64,000 nt of DNA from Flavobacteriales bacterium AspAUS03 (GTDB lineage Bacteria > Bacteroidota > Bacteroidia > Flavobacteriales > Blattabacteriaceae), in assembly GCA_047528275.1 (NCBI GenBank), contig CP180023.1:11589-75588 (forward strand), given 5' to 3'. Position numbers and translations under genes: made by a program. Below, piece by piece: positions 9,369-18,596 of this stretch. The notes beneath the pieces are model-generated. The model was not told the origin of the DNA. It was given only the letters and a program-made list of their open reading frames with translations, and did no database searches. The stretch's first letter is position 1; every line of letters begins with the position of its first letter.

Positions 9369-12300
9369 TTACTCATCAGAAGGCATACGGTTGTCCTTCG
9401 TCCAATAATAAGCCAAAGCAGCTATGAGCAATACTCCAACCACAGCACAATAGACCCACGTAGGGATAAGCACAGGATCTCCTTTAGCATATGAATGCAA
9501 ACCTAATAGGTAATAGTTCACCCCAAAATAGGTCATGATGATCGAGCTGAAAGCCAAAAGACTAGCTAGGTTGAAGGCAAATGGCCCCTTAAGGCCCGGA
9601 ACCAAGCGCATGTGCAAAACAAAAGCGTAAACAATCACACTGATGAACGCCCAAGTTTCTTTCGGATCCCAGCTCCAATAACGCCCCCAACTTTCATTAG
9701 CCCAGACCCCACCGAGAAAAGTACCCACCGTCAACAGAAAAAGGCCCACGGTGAGTGCCATCTCATTGATCAAAGTCAGCTCCTTAATGGAATTCTCGAT
9801 ACGTATCTGCTGAGACCTACCTTTGAGAAGGTATAAAATCAATACGATAAATCCTAAAAAAGCTCCCATGCTCAGAAAACCATAACTCGAAGTGATGACG
9901 GCTACATGGACTATCAACCAATACGATTTGAGCACTGGAACCAGATTAGTTACCTCCGGATCCATCAGATTACCATGAGCTACACCCAATAGGGCTGTTG
10001 TAGACAGCGCCGTAATCGCTGGGACGAAAACGTTATAATTCTGATAAAACAAAAATCCAGCCAAGACCGTACACCAACTGATGAAGACAGCTGATTCATA
10101 ACCATTGCTCCAAGGAGCATGACCAGAGACATACCAACGCAAGCCGAGTCCAAAGGCATGATAAAGGAAGACTACAAACAATAGGTTAACAAAAACCTTG
10201 ATACAGACATTAATTCCATTGAATGGTATAAAAATCTTGGCAAAAGACAGGATAAGCAATAACCCACCCAACACCAGATAACACAACATCACTCGATAAA
10301 ATAAGTTCAGGCGATTGTAAAGGATCTCAGCATCGACCCTGCCAGCCAACGGTATGACCTTTTGGCCGTATCGATTTTGATATGACCGGATCTTTTCGAG
10401 CGCCTGATCAGCTGGCACCCAATCCTGTGTCTGCTGCGCATGAGAGAGCGCTATGAAATAATCGCTCAGCATAGCAAAAGCGGGATCGTTCAATTGAAGA
10501 TCCGGAGTCATCCACCCTATCCAGGGATCATCGGATATAGGAAAGATCCGCAGATACTGTCCCTGAAAAATCCTCGAAATGATGCTTACACGTTCATTAA
10601 GATGGATCAGAGCTTTATCGTATTCACCTCTCTGCCCTGGGTTTCTAGCAAAGGCCTGTTCGTACTCCTGCTCAAGGACAAAATTGACCTGTCCCGTACG
10701 AGGATCAACACGATAGAGTTCCATTAAAGAAGTATATCCGTCCTGATCGGCCCGCGTCATCTCAAGTAAATCTTGCCCCCCTTTAGCCCCAACCTTGATG
10801 AAAGGGATTTGCGCCCAACCAATGCTGCCCCGATGCATGGAAACCAACCAACCGTCTTGATTTATAGAAATCATCCACTGATTGGCATTCAATCCTCCAA
10901 TATGATCTTTCTTGTAAATCTTTCGCAACAGCTCCAAAGCCATCGTATTGACAGGTTTGATCCGACCTTGCGGATCCTGTACAAGCAGACGACCAAATTT
11001 TTCAGCATGCTCCTCAGGGATCCATATCGTAGCACAAAGTCTGTTTATCGGAACCCTCCTGAACTTTTCGGGACCATGCCGGGCATAAACCACCCCACCG
11101 ATCAGGAACAACAAAAGCACCGGCTTCTGAGCAAACGCCCTCAACATCTGACGCAACTTATCAAAATGAGTACCCTTCCAAAAAAGGGTAAAAAACATAC
11201 CGACTCCCAACAAGAGATAGCCGAGATAAGAAATTCGTGTACCCCAATCGTCGTGATTAACCGAGAGACGAGTCCCCTTACCATCGGAATCATAACCCGA
11301 TTGAAAGAAACGATACCCTCCATGATCGAGCACATTGTTCATAAAAATACGATGATCCTCTTCCCGGCCATTATCGATCACAGTGACTTCACTGGCAAAG
11401 GAAGATGGGCTTTCCGACCCGGGGTACTTTTCAAGTTCAAACTTGTTCAGGCATATAGCAAAAGGTATATCCAAAAATATAGAGCCATAGCCAATAGCTA
11501 CTTGCTTGTCATCTAACACGACCTGATCACTCATCCTGGTGATTCCATTATCCCCCAAAAAGGTCAGGGTTTGCGATTGGTCTCGAGTGGAAATCTCTGC
11601 CGTGATGGCATCCGGAAAATCCTTCTCGTCTTTCTCAACAGAGATATACTTCAGCATCCCCCGTCGGACACCTTGGGGAAAAACCAAACGAAGTCCACCT
11701 ATGCGATACAAAGCACGCAAACGCAACTCAGAAGGGACAGCTTTAGGTAACATGCCTGTCTGTTGGGTAGCCATGATGAGATAATCCGATTCAAAAGGAG
11801 CATTAATATATAACTTGCCCTGTTGTTCGAACAACTGAATGGATCCATCGACCGCCTTATCAAAACTCACCAGGATACCTCCAAAATTTTTTACTTGCCC
11901 AGCCCGGAGAAAGTTTTCCACACGTCCGTCCTTTTCTGTAGTAACGATTTTCAGCATCCTTTGTCCCTGTGGATCTTCGAAGAAAGCTTCTCGAGCATGA
12001 GGGATATAACCGACTACTCTCACCTTGAAAATCTGATTCTTAAAGGAAAACCTACCCTTATACTGGTGATGAAATGGCGAAAGGATGTACGGATCTTGAT
12101 AAGCCATTACTTCATCGCCCTCAGAAATCTGCAACTTGATATAAGTCTTATCAGATATAATCTGTTGGCTAATAGCACCTTGACGAATTAGCATCATCCC
12201 CTCAAAACCGATGTACCTGGAGAGAAAGCCACCGACAAAAATCAGTACAAAAGCCAGATGAAAGATGAACAAAGGCCATTTCTCCCGTCGCAAAAGACCA

Positions 12301-12503
12301 TACCTATCAATATTTCCTACAAAGCAGAAGATCAAGAGTAACATGATCGTCTCAAACCAAATAGATTGATAGATGAGAGCTTTAGCTGTAGCCGTAGAAT
12401 ATACTTGCTCGACGAAGGTAGCCACCGCCATAGACAAGGCATAAACTAAGAGTAATACAGCCATAAGTCTTGTAGAAAAAAATCGGTGAAATATTCGGTA
12501 CAT
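9369..12503 (-). CDS. ccsBA: Cytochrome c biogenesis system II protein, fused ResB(CcsB)-CcsA
   Basis: The ORF is 1094 aa. I place the start at the internal ATG (12503) giving MYRIFHRFFSTRLMAVLLLVYA, because the upstream 50 codons look non-genic. The WWD/haem-handling motif is WGRYWSWDPKETWAF, and many TM segments are present. Confidence 0.9.
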   Translation of the reverse strand: MYRIFHRFFSTRLMAVLLLVYALSMAVATFVEQVYSTATAKALIYQSIWFETIMLLLIFCFVGNIDRYGLLRREKWPLFIFHLAFVLIFVGGFLSRYIGFEGMMLIRQGAISQQIISDKTYIKLQISEGDEVMAYQDPYILSPFHHQYKGRFSFKNQIFKVRVVGYIPHAREAFFEDPQGQRMLKIVTTEKDGRVENFLRAGQVKNFGGILVSFDKAVDGSIQLFEQQGKLYINAPFESDYLIMATQQTGMLPKAVPSELRLRALYRIGGLRLVFPQGVRRGMLKYISVEKDEKDFPDAITAEISTRDQSQTLTFLGDNGITRMSDQVVLDDKQVAIGYGSIFLDIPFAICLNKFELEKYPGSESPSSFASEVTVIDNGREEDHRIFMNNVLDHGGYRFFQSGYDSDGKGTRLSVNHDDWGTRISYLGYLLLGVGMFFTLFWKGTHFDKLRQMLRAFAQKPVLLLFLIGGVVYARHGPEKFRRVPINRLCATIWIPEEHAEKFGRLLVQDPQGRIKPVNTMALELLRKIYKKDHIGGLNANQWMISINQDGWLVSMHRGSIGWAQIPFIKVGAKGGQDLLEMTRADQDGYTSLMELYRVDPRTGQVNFVLEQEYEQAFARNPGQRGEYDKALIHLNERVSIISRIFQGQYLRIFPISDDPWIGWMTPDLQLNDPAFAMLSDYFIALSHAQQTQDWVPADQALEKIRSYQNRYGQKVIPLAGRVDAEILYNRLNLFYRVMLCYLVLGGLLLILSFAKIFIPFNGINVCIKVFVNLLFVVFLYHAFGLGLRWYVSGHAPWSNGYESAVFISWCTVLAGFLFYQNYNVFVPAITALSTTALLGVAHGNLMDPEVTNLVPVLKSYWLIVHVAVITSSYGFLSMGAFLGFIVLILYLLKGRSQQIRIENSIKELTLINEMALTVGLFLLTVGTFLGGVWANESWGRYWSWDPKETWAFISVIVYAFVLHMRLVPGLKGPFAFNLASLLAFSSIIMTYFGVNYYLLGLHSYAKGDPVLIPTWVYCAVVGVLLIAALAYYWTKDNRMPSDE

Positions 12504-12847
12504 ACCCTCAGTTTTGGAAACGTAAAAGTAGCTAAAATCCCCTGTCAAACCGATTGAATATGATTGTACTGATACTCTCCACCTTGAACACTCATAAAGG
12601 AACCTCCATTTAGACAAACTTTTCTCAAAAAAAAAGAAAGATACCAGTCTCAATATCTCTGATCGTTTTCCAAGAAGATTATAAAAAAAATTACCTTTAC
12701 ATAAATTATTTCTATAAGATTTTTTCTGATTATCAATAATTTATAAAAAAAAAAATTAAATACTACCATTTTAATCAATTTCCTACAGCCCTTTACGAAC
12801 CGATCAATTATATTCTTTCGACTGGTGGAAAACGTGTTCGGCCAATC

Positions 12848-13684
12848 TTGTGCCTGATCGGGGTAGCCATGTTTCAAGGTGATATCGAGAAAGCCATTCA
12901 GCCCGCATTGGCCTTAGAATTTTTCCACAACTCTCTATTGATCCATGATGATATTATAGATAATGCCCCGTTGCGAAGAGGTCATGCCACCGTACATAAA
13001 AAATGGGGACTCAATAGGGCTATCCTATCAGGAGACACTCTACTGATAAAAGCCTATCAATTTTTTGAAGGGCTTGACAATGAAACCTTTCATAAAGTAG
13101 TCTGCGAATTTTCAGAGATGGCGATAAAAGTCTTTGAAGGCCAACAAATGGACCTGAATCTCGAACAAGACCAGACATTCCACTTCGAGCAATACATACA
13201 GATGATCACTTATAAGACAGCTGCCCTAATCGGTACATCACTAAAGATCGGAGCATTTATCGGTGGGGCAGGGCCTGAAGATGCCACCCACCTTTATGAA
13301 GTAGGAAAAAACATCGGTATTGCTTTTCAGATCCAAGACGATCTACTCGATGTGTTTGGACATACAGAAAAATTTGGTAAAAAACATGCTGGAGACATTT
13401 ACGAAAATAAAAAAAATATTCTCTACTTCAAAGCCATCGAAAAAGCCGATGAGCGGCAAAAAGAAGAACTATTCTACTGGTACAGCTTCAAAACAGACAG
13501 TATCGATAAGGTCTATGCAATCGAATACCTTTTCAAAAAGCTTCATATCACAGAAGATGTAAAAAAAGAACTTGAGTACTATCGAGACAAAAGTCTAGAA
13601 AACCTCAAACAGGTCTCAGTACCCACAGAAAAGAAAGACATCCTCATGCAATTCATTGATGAAACAATCACACGGACCAAATGA
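12848..13684 (+). CDS. Polyprenyl (FPP/GGPP-type) diphosphate synthase with an unresolved or truncated N-terminus
   Basis: Both Asp-rich motifs are present (LIHDDIIDN and FQIQDDLLD). The conserved LYEPINYILSTGGKRVRP lies in frame upstream of the first canonical start. The open frame begins at 12740, right after a TAA. Confidence 0.8.
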   Translation: MCLIGVAMFQGDIEKAIQPALALEFFHNSLLIHDDIIDNAPLRRGHATVHKKWGLNRAILSGDTLLIKAYQFFEGLDNETFHKVVCEFSEMAIKVFEGQQMDLNLEQDQTFHFEQYIQMITYKTAALIGTSLKIGAFIGGAGPEDATHLYEVGKNIGIAFQIQDDLLDVFGHTEKFGKKHAGDIYENKKNILYFKAIEKADERQKEELFYWYSFKTDSIDKVYAIEYLFKKLHITEDVKKELEYYRDKSLENLKQVSVPTEKKDILMQFIDETITRTK

Positions 13685-14452
13685 TCAAAGTATCAGATTC
13701 AAACCATCATAGGCCAGATGGACATCGGTAGGAAGCGCTCGTACCACCTCCATATGAAACCCCAAAAGATGACTGATATGAGTCAGATACGTCTGCCGGG
13801 GATGAAGCCGGGTCACTATCTCCAGAGCTTCAGATAAAGTAAAATGAGAAGGATGTCTAGGGGTTCTCCTCAAAGCATTCAGAACCAACAGATCTAAATC
13901 TTCTAATTTTTGTAAAGTCTCCTCAGGCAACATGCTCACATCGGTGATGTAAGCAAAACGACCCATCCGATAACCTAAAATGAACAGATTACCGTGCCAA
14001 ACACCCAAAGGAAGGATTTCTACCCCTCCTATGAACTCAGTTTGTCCTGCCTCTATCCCATGAAGTATGATATCCGGAGCACCGGGATATCTTTCTCCCG
14101 AAAAGAAGTAAGCAAAACGCTGCTTGATTTTATCCAATACCCGTGGCAAGCTGTAGATGGGTAAAGTATTCTGCATCATAAAATTAATAGGGCGGACATC
14201 ATCCAGACCAGCCGTATGGTCATTATGCTCATGTGTGAGTAGGATAACATCTACGCGTGTATACCCACCACGCAACATCTGATAGCGAAAATCTGGACCA
14301 CAATCGATCAAAAATATTTTCCCATCCTTCTCGATAAGGATAGAACTCCTGAGTCTTTTGTCTTTCGGATCTTTAGAAAGGCAGACCGGATGCGTAGATC
14401 CGATAACAGGAACACCCTGAGAGGTACCCGTTCCCAAAAAGTGGATTTTCAT
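13685..14452 (-). CDS. MBL-fold metallo-hydrolase (PhnP/RNase Z-like)
   Basis: A 255-aa ORF with the HxHxDH motif (LLTHEHNDHTAGL). It abuts the convergent polyprenyl synthase gene with no spacer. Confidence 0.85.
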   Translation of the reverse strand: MKIHFLGTGTSQGVPVIGSTHPVCLSKDPKDKRLRSSILIEKDGKIFLIDCGPDFRYQMLRGGYTRVDVILLTHEHNDHTAGLDDVRPINFMMQNTLPIYSLPRVLDKIKQRFAYFFSGERYPGAPDIILHGIEAGQTEFIGGVEILPLGVWHGNLFILGYRMGRFAYITDVSMLPEETLQKLEDLDLLVLNALRRTPRHPSHFTLSEALEIVTRLHPRQTYLTHISHLLGFHMEVVRALPTDVHLAYDGLNLIL

Positions 14453-14479
14453 AAAGGTAAGGGGCTACTTTGACCCGAT

Positions 14480-15479
14480 TTATTGCAATATAGAAAATTG
14501 CTTGATCCGTTGTTCGATCTATTCGGTGAGTTCTTCATTGTCCTTTAGGAGGTCTTTGACCGCATCACGCCCCTGGACGAGCTTAGTCTAATCCATAATG
14601 GAACCAACGAACTAGTCTTTTTGATCAACTCCAAATCTAGAACCAAATCAAGAACCTCTGCAGCCCTTAAGATCCCTTCACAATACATGACATCGAATTC
14701 AATTATTCTGAAAAGTGGGGCTACTTTATTTTTGATCACTTCCACTTTGGTACGATTACCGATGACCTTTTCGCATGCTTAATCTAAGCACCATGGCGGA
14801 TATCCAAACGTATAGAAGCGTAAAATTTCAACGCGTTAGCATCAGTAGTAGTCTCAGGTTTACCGAACATCACACCAATCTTTTCCCTGAGCTGATTGAT
14901 TAATATTAATTATATATTGGGTGTTGCTCATGCTAGCAGTACATTTTCTCAAAGCCTAAGAGATAATCCGGGCATGGAAACCACTTTGGAATCTTTCATC
15001 TTCACCCTCAATCTCGCTCTTATGGATCAAAACCGCTACCAAATCGATCACGACGATAGCAATGGTACCTAATCAAATCAAATTCTTTGATACTTTCAAA
15101 TCCTGTTCACCATTATCAGATTAAGAAATGATGAGATCTTTAATATTTACACCTAATTATCTTGTCATAAACAAGATAGAAGGCATATTCTGCATTGATT
15201 AAGAAATTAATACCGCCATTTTTGAGCTTGGGTAATGGCATGCAGGATCAGACTATTCTTTCCGGAAGACTCTGGACCATAAATCTCTACGATACGTCCC
15301 ATGGAATAACTCTCATACTCCAAAAGAAATATCCAAACCTAAAGAATCTGAAGTAATCCCTTCAATTTTTTCCACGACTGATTCACTCATACGCATGAGT
15401 GTACCCTTACCATAGACTTTATTCATTTTGTCTAAGACGAGTTGTAAGGCTTTCTTTTTGGGTCGAAGTCTTCGCTCAT
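14480..15479 (-). pseudogene. recA: Recombinase RecA with multiple in-frame stops and frameshifts
   Basis: Hand translation from the ATG at 15479 gives MSEDFDPKRKPYNSS*TK*IKSMVRVHSCV*...[20 protein letters not shown] (Walker A). The C-terminal fragment (14545..14745) reads VIKNKVAPLFRIIEFDVMYCEGI. The longest surviving ORF is 66 aa. Confidence 0.85.
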
Positions 15480-15492
15480 ATTTCAATTCTTG

Positions 15493-15942
15493 TTAATAAT
15501 CCAATATTTGTGCAGCATGTTCTTTAGTCTTCACATCTTCGATGACACGCGTTACGATACCTTGCTCATTGATGATAAAGGTCTTCCGCAAGATACCATC
15601 AAACGATTTGCTAAGAAAATTTTTCCGAACCCAAACGCCAAAGACTCGTATGATCTCTTTATTTTCATCGGCCACCAAAGGAAATGGTAAACGATATTTT
15701 TCTTGAAATTTTTTTTGCTTTGCTATTGTATCAGCACTCACTCCAATCAATTCATAACCTTGTGTTTTGAGTTCGGTATAATGATCTCTCAAGTCACATG
15801 CTTCGGTAGTACAACCAGGTGTGTCAGCCTTAGGATAGAAAAACACTATATACTTTTTACCCTGATAATCTGAAGAACTGATCGGTTTCCCATCTTGATC
15901 AACCCCTTCGAATACAGGAGCCATATCTCCTTGTTTCAACAT
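15493..15942 (-). CDS. bcp: Thiol peroxidase Bcp (peroxiredoxin)
   Basis: A 149-aa ORF with the motif FFYPKADTPGCTTEAC. Confidence 0.9.
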   Translation of the reverse strand: MLKQGDMAPVFEGVDQDGKPISSSDYQGKKYIVFFYPKADTPGCTTEACDLRDHYTELKTQGYELIGVSADTIAKQKKFQEKYRLPFPLVADENKEIIRVFGVWVRKNFLSKSFDGILRKTFIINEQGIVTRVIEDVKTKEHAAQILDY

Positions 15943-15955
15943 AGGTAAAATAAAA

Positions 15956-15969
15956 TTTAGGTACCTAAA
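15956..15969. promoter_or_regulatory. Perfect 14-bp palindrome TTTAGGTACCTAAA in the bcp-nth divergent intergenic region (possible operator)
   Basis: Seen directly, 14 nt upstream of the bcp start codon. A few such palindromes are expected by chance in 64 kb. Confidence 0.2.
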
Positions 15970-16063
15970 GATAAGGAGTTCCCATCGATATTTATACTCA
16001 CTAAAAAATCAGTTCAATATTTTCCATATCTTAGCTTCTCTACAGCTAAAATATTATCACCAT

Positions 16064-16696
16064 ATGAATCAAAATAAAAAGGTGACCTTGATTATCGATA
16101 TCTTACAATCAATCTATCCGGATCCCCCCATACCGCTACATCATCGAAATGAATTCACTTTACTTATCGCTGTATTGCTCTCGGCCCAAAGCACAGACAA
16201 AAAAGTAAATGAGATGACTCCACAGCTCTTTGCCAAGGCTGACACGCCTGATAAAATAGTCCGATTGCCTATCAAAGAGATCAAAAAAATGATCCGACAA
16301 ATCGGACTCTACAACAGAAAAGCTAAAAATATCCATGATCTGTCAGTTATCCTGCTAGAAAAACACCAAGGAAAAATTCCTCAAACTTTCGAGGAACTAG
16401 AGGAACTTCCTGGAGTAGGGCACAAAACCGCTTCGGTAGTAATGTGTCAAGCGTTTGGTCAACCGGCTTTTCCTGTGGATACACATATCCATCGACTGAT
16501 GCACCAATGGGGATTGAGCAGCGGAAAAAACGTGACACAAACGGAAAAAGATGCCAAACATTTCTTCCCTGAAAATCTTTGGAACAAACTACATCTGCAG
16601 ATCATCTACTATGGCAGGGAATACGCACCGGCCCGCAGCTGGAATCTTGAAAAGGATATCATTGCTCAAACCATCGATATGAAAGGAAATCTTTGA
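16064..16696 (+). CDS. nth: Endonuclease III-family HhH-GPD DNA glycosylase lacking the Fe-S cluster loop
   Basis: A 210-aa ORF. The HhH motif is ELPGVGHKTASVV and the catalytic region is FPVDTHIHRL. The C-terminus YGREYAPARSWNLEKDIIAQT has no Cys. Confidence 0.9.
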   Translation: MNQNKKVTLIIDILQSIYPDPPIPLHHRNEFTLLIAVLLSAQSTDKKVNEMTPQLFAKADTPDKIVRLPIKEIKKMIRQIGLYNRKAKNIHDLSVILLEKHQGKIPQTFEELEELPGVGHKTASVVMCQAFGQPAFPVDTHIHRLMHQWGLSSGKNVTQTEKDAKHFFPENLWNKLHLQIIYYGREYAPARSWNLEKDIIAQTIDMKGNL

Positions 16697-16739
16697 TATT
16701 TCTAGTTCTGTAAAATTTTCCTTGTACATCCAGCCGTTA

Positions 16740-16770
16740 TCACCTCCAACGGGTGAGTATCTTTCTTCTG
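16740..16770 (+). terminator. Weak hairpin (TCACC-N7-GGTGA) plus T-rich tail between convergent nth and the DUF3127 gene
   Basis: The 5-bp stem is seen directly and is followed by gtatctttcttctg. The structure is weak. Confidence 0.25.
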
Positions 16771-16809
16771 TAGAACTCCAATAATGTCTTTGACTAAAGT
16801 TTATCTTTT

Positions 16810-17205
16810 CTAAAAAGGTAGATCGTCAAATTCCTCTGTCGAGGAGGTGGTAGACTCATTAGAAAATTGCACTGGAGCATCGGACATAGGAGATGAGGCT
16901 GACGGGACAGATTCGCTTCCAAGAGTCTGGGATTGAATTTTCTCAATCCTCCAACCTTGGATAGAATTGAAATATTTTGTGACACCTTCTGGATTAGTCC
17001 ATTCTCTACCACGCAAATTGATCGATACCCTTATCTCATCACCAGGTTTGAGATCATTCAAGAAGTCGGTTTTTTCTTGAACGCATTCGATGGATAGATG
17101 CTGTGGGTATTGCTCGTTTGTTGTGAGGATGAGCTCACGTTTTCTGAATCCACTTCCAAAGGTTTGTGTATCGAATATTTTCTTTACAGTACCTGATACT
17201 TCCAT
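16810..17205 (-). CDS. DUF3127-family protein with an acidic SSB-like C-terminal tip (EEFDDLPF)
   Basis: A 131-aa ORF. The N-terminal core reads KKIFDTQTFGSGFRKRELILTTNEQYPQHLSIECVQEK...INLRGREW...YFNSIQGWRIE. A Ser/Thr-rich linker follows, then the terminal DDLPF. Confidence 0.7.
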   Translation of the reverse strand: MEVSGTVKKIFDTQTFGSGFRKRELILTTNEQYPQHLSIECVQEKTDFLNDLKPGDEIRVSINLRGREWTNPEGVTKYFNSIQGWRIEKIQSQTLGSESVPSASSPMSDAPVQFSNESTTSSTEEFDDLPF

Positions 17206-17225
17206 AGTGATTATCTTATTGAGAA

Positions 17226-18173
17226 TTACTTTGTGTCATTCTTTTTCTTGTCTTTCTGACGTTTTATTGCCTCTCCGATCTGACTCGATGCGCTGAAGGA
17301 AGCCACCATGCTGTTGAGCATCTCACTAGCCGAACCGGGAGAATTGGGCAAGAGAATCAAATTACTCTCTGTACGCTCACCTATCGATTGGAGGGTGTCA
17401 TAATGTTGAGTCACGACAATTAGGGCGGAAGCTTCCTGCGAATTGATACCTACATTGTTGAGTACTTCTACCGACTCGAGGAGACCTTTGGCAATCTCTC
17501 GACGTTGATCGGCGATACCTTTTCCTTGCAATTGCTTGCTTTCGGCCTCGGCTTTAGCCTTGGCTACGATTCTGATACGCTCAGCTTCGGCCTCGTATTC
17601 GGCAGCAACTTTTTCACGTTCGGCCGTATTAATACGATTCATCGCTTGTTTGACCTGCTCATCCGGATCGATATCAGTAACCAGAGCTTTGATGATATCA
17701 TAACCGTAGTTTTGCATGGCTTCTTCGAGTTCTCCTTTTACCGCCATAGCAACATCGTCTTTTCGTTCAAAAACATCATCAAGCCGCATCTTTGGAACCT
17801 CGGCCCTAACTACATCAAAGATGTAAGAGGTGATCTGACTATGCGGATTGTCCAGCTTATAAAAGGCATCAAAAACTTTGTTTTTGATCACTTGAAATTG
17901 TACGGAAACTTTCAAGCGAACGAAAACATTGTCTTTGGTCTTGGTCTCTACCATGACATCAAGTTGTTGGATTTTTAGAGTAAGCTTGCCTACCACACGA
18001 TCAATCACAGGGAGTTTCAACTGCAAACCGGCTTGCCAAATGCTATAGAACTTTCCAAACCGTTCGATGATGACTGCAGTCTGTTGTTTGACAACGAAAA
18101 TAATGCTAGAGATTCCTGAGAAAAACAACAAGGCCAGAGAAATATAGGAAATCAAAGAAAAAATATCCCCCAT
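17226..18173 (-). CDS. SPFH/band-7 (stomatin/prohibitin-like) membrane protein
   Basis: A 315-aa ORF with an N-terminal TM segment, an SPFH core, and an Ala/Glu-rich coiled region (EREKVAAEYEAEAERIRIVAKAKAEAE). Confidence 0.9.
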   Translation of the reverse strand: MGDIFSLISYISLALLFFSGISSIIFVVKQQTAVIIERFGKFYSIWQAGLQLKLPVIDRVVGKLTLKIQQLDVMVETKTKDNVFVRLKVSVQFQVIKNKVFDAFYKLDNPHSQITSYIFDVVRAEVPKMRLDDVFERKDDVAMAVKGELEEAMQNYGYDIIKALVTDIDPDEQVKQAMNRINTAEREKVAAEYEAEAERIRIVAKAKAEAESKQLQGKGIADQRREIAKGLLESVEVLNNVGINSQEASALIVVTQHYDTLQSIGERTESNLILLPNSPGSASEMLNSMVASFSASSQIGEAIKRQKDKKKNDTK

Positions 18174-18207
18174 CTTTTATAAATTTTTAATCATTAAAAA
18201 AAATTAC

Positions 18208-18528
18208 TCAAAGCATACCTAATTCCAAACGTGCTTCCTCGCTCATCATCTCTGTCCCCCAAGGGGGATCAAAGGTTAGAATAAGTTCAACATTCTTTAT
18301 CATTTCAATAACTATCACTTTTTCTTTCACCTCTTCTGGTAGACTCTCTGCTACAGGGCAATTTGGTGTAGTAAGTGTCATAACAATTTTTACATCTGCT
18401 TCATCACTCACTTGTACGTCATAGATCAGACCCAACTCGTAGATATCTACCGGAATTTCAGGGTCATATATGGTTTTTAGTACGGAAATGACTTGCTCAC
18501 CTAATATCTGGATTTCTTCTGCGGTCAT
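18208..18528 (-). CDS. SUF-system Fe-S assembly protein (DUF59/SufT-like)
   Basis: A 106-aa ORF with IYDPEIPVDIYELGLIY and LTTPNCPVAESLP. Confidence 0.85.
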   Translation of the reverse strand: MTAEEIQILGEQVISVLKTIYDPEIPVDIYELGLIYDVQVSDEADVKIVMTLTTPNCPVAESLPEEVKEKVIVIEMIKNVELILTFDPPWGTEMMSEEARLELGML

Positions 18529-18596
18529 GACTATGACTTTCGCTATTTTTTACAAATGTAAGAATTTTTATAAATAAATGATCTTATGTAAAGTGT

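Noticed and set aside
10773-11516. A 247-aa ORF lies antisense within ccsBA, along with other antisense or alternate-frame ORFs at 10440..10727, 11823..12191, 17505..17978, 24484..24870, 28337..28720 and 46682..47026.
   Set aside because: They lie entirely inside strongly supported genes on the opposite strand or in another frame. They have low-complexity or unrecognisable sequences and no independent signals. They are typical shadow ORFs.
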